A DNA stretch of 64,000 nt from an uncultured Armatimonadetes bacterium (GTDB taxonomy: Bacteria > Armatimonadota > UBA5829 > DTJY01), in contig OY970325.1 of the NCBI GenBank assembly GCA_963717145.1, forward strand, positions 864,001 to 928,000, in the 5' to 3' direction. The notes beneath the pieces were generated by a model. That model saw nothing but the letters and a program-made list of their open reading frames with translations, searched no databases and was not told where the DNA came from. Position numbers and translations under genes: made by a program. Position 1 is the stretch's first letter; every line of letters begins with the position of its first letter. Below are positions 62,100-64,000 of this stretch, piece by piece.

Positions 62100-64000
62100 A
62101 TGGATTTCCGTATTGCCGATACTTTCACCGATAGCCTTGCCAGACTGACAGGCGAAGAGCAGAAGGCTGTGAAGACCACGGCCTTTGACCTGCAGATGAA
62201 CCCGTCCAGTCCGGGCATGAGCCTGCACAAGCTCGACAGGGCCAGGGACAAGAGCTTCTGGTCAGTGAGGGTCAGCGGCGATCTGCGCATTGTCGTCCAC
62301 AAGACCGCCGAGAGCCTTCTTCTGTGCTACGTCGATCATCACGACGCCGCCTATCAGTGGGCCGAGCGACGGAAGCTGGAGACCCACCCCAAGACCGGCG
62401 CGGCGCAGCTTGTAGAGATACGAGAGACGGTGCAGGAGATCACCATTCCCAAGTACGTGGAGGTGGTGCAGCCGGCATCCCCCAGGCCTCTCTTCGATCA
62501 TGTATCCGACGATGTGCTGCTCGGATACGGTGTGCCGGAAGAATGGCTGGCGGACGTACGCCAGGCCAACGAGGATTCCCTGCTGGCGCTGACCGATCAC
62601 CTGCCCGGCGAAGCCTCTGAGGCACTATTGGATCTGGCGACAGGCGCAGTGCCGCGGATTCCGCAGCCGGTGACAATTGACACCGGGCCGTTCGATCATC
62701 CGGATGCACAGCGACGCTTCCGGGTCATGAGCAACGTGGAGGAACTGGAACGGGCCCTCAGCTACCCATGGGAAAAGTGGACGATCTTCCTCCATCCGGC
62801 ACAGCGGCAGTTGGTTGAACGGGACTTCGGTGGCCCGGCGCGAGTATCGGGGTCGGCGGGCACTGGAAAGACGATCGTCGCCCTGCATCGGGCGGTCGCA
62901 CTGGCACGAGCCAACCCTGACGCGCGAGTGCTTCTTACCACCTTCTCCGACACACTGGCAAATGCGCTGCGCACAAAGCTCCGGCGGCTGATCAGCAACG
63001 AACCCCGTCTGGGAGAACGGATCGAAGTGCATTCCATGAACACGATCGGCCTGCGGCTCTATGAATTGCAGTTCGGCCGGGTGCAACTCGCACCGGAAGA
63101 GGTGATCCGTCAGTATCTCGAAGAGGCTGACGGCGGCGTCGAGGGGAACAAGTTCAGCCTGCAATTCCTGCTGTCCGAGTGGACGCAGGTGGTGGATGCG
63201 TGGCAGTTGGATACATGGGAGGCGTATCGTGACGTGGCCCGGTTGGGACGGAAGACCCGATTGCCGGAACAGCGACGAGCCGTGCTCTGGTCGATCTTCG
63301 CTCAGGTTCGATCACGACTGAAGGCGGACAACCTGATTACCGTTCCCGACATGCTCAGCAAGCTGACAACCCTTTATGCTGAAGGCAAGCATATCCCGTT
63401 CGACTTCTGCGTGGTGGACGAGGCCCAGGATATCAGCGTCGCCCAACTCCGGTTTCTCGCTGCTCTGGGGACCGCTCACCCGAATAGCCTCTTTTTCGCC
63501 GGCGATCTCGGTCAACGGATCTTCCAGCAACCCTTCTCATGGAAGTCGCTCGGCGTTGATATTCGCGGACGTTCGCAGACTCTCCGGATCAATTACCGGA
63601 CTTCCCATCAGATCAGGATGGAAGCGGACCGGTTGCTGGGGCCGGAGCTGTCGGATGTCGACGGCAATGTGGAGGAGCGACGAGGCACGGTATCAGTGTT
63701 CAACGGGCCGGCCCCGGAGGTTCGAACGTTCGACAGCCAGCAAGAAGAGATCAGCGCCGTCAGCGCCTGGCTCATGGATCGGAACACGGAAGGCGTGATG
63801 CCCCATGAGATCGGCGTGTTCGTGCGCTCCGAGGCAGAACTCGACCGGGCACGCGAGGCGGTCACGAAGTCAGGGCTGCCGTTCAAGGTTCTCGACGAGC
63901 ACGTTGAAACTACGAGCGGTCAGGTTTCGATCAGCACCATGCACCTCGCCAAAGGCCTGGAGTTCCGTGCGGTGGTCGTGATGGCTTGCGATGATGAGAT
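62100..64000 (+). CDS. UvrD/SF1 helicase with N-terminal RelE/ParE-like domain (runs off window end; absent from ORF track)
   Basis: ATG at 62100: MDFRIADTFTDSLARL..FWSVRVSGDLRIVVH..CYVDHHDAAY; VSGSAGTGKT, VVDEAQD, AGDLGQRIF, INYRT, STMHLAKGLEF. Confidence 0.88.
   Translation, partial: MDFRIADTFTDSLARLTGEEQKAVKTTAFDLQMNPSSPGMSLHKLDRARDKSFWSVRVSGDLRIVVHKTAESLLLCYVDHHDAAYQWAERRKLETHPKTGAAQLVEIRETVQEITIPKYVEVVQPASPRPLFDHVSDDVLLGYGVPEEWLADVRQANEDSLLALTDHLPGEASEALLDLATGAVPRIPQPVTIDTGPFDHPDAQRRFRVMSNVEELERALSYPWEKWTIFLHPAQRQLVERDFGGPARVSGSAGTGKTIVALHRAVALARANPDARVLLTTFSDTLANALRTKLRRLISNEPRLGERIEVHSMNTIGLRLYELQFGRVQLAPEEVIRQYLEEADGGVEGNKFSLQFLLSEWTQVVDAWQLDTWEAYRDVARLGRKTRLPEQRRAVLWSIFAQVRSRLKADNLITVPDMLSKLTTLYAEGKHIPFDFCVVDEAQDISVAQLRFLAALGTAHPNSLFFAGDLGQRIFQQPFSWKSLGVDIRGRSQTLRINYRTSHQIRMEADRLLGPELSDVDGNVEERRGTVSVFNGPAPEVRTFDSQQEEISAVSAWLMDRNTEGVMPHEIGVFVRSEAELDRAREAVTKSGLPFKVLDEHVETTSGQVSISTMHLAKGLEFRAVVVMACDDE

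Overview
A high-GC bacterial chromosomal window. The gene content and repeat style resemble Armatimonadota or Planctomycetota, but that is inference only. The left ~36 kb is a carbohydrate-utilisation region. It holds an ABC permease, an FGE/SUMF1-like + 2x Gfo/Idh/MocA + TIM-barrel + GDPD + ApbE operon, an ECF sigma factor with a long C-terminal extension, and two tandem GHL10-like secreted hydrolases sharing an identical 499-bp block. It also holds a GH78 rhamnosidase, several unassigned secreted hydrolase-like proteins, a TIR-TPR gene and an inverted-repeat-flanked DUF559 nuclease. The right ~28 kb has housekeeping genes (leuB, melA, uvrA, uvrC), five IS copies from four families and two defence-like islands. 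Island 1 is SIR2 / HicB remnant / STAND-like NTPase. Island 2 is a truncated Mod-type methyltransferase, a Menshen-like DUF262 / AAA-DUF3696 / NsnC-like trio whose ATPase is split by IS66, and a RelE-like/UvrD helicase. The window is saturated with miniature palindromic and heptamer repeats from several unrelated families, and at least six sit in-frame inside coding sequences. Two short arrays of palindromes with 21- and 22-bp periods are unexplained. Many single-base frameshifts (uvrA, leuB and others) look like assembly errors. No rRNA, tRNA or CRISPR array was recognised. All family assignments are from motif recognition by eye, with no database searches run.
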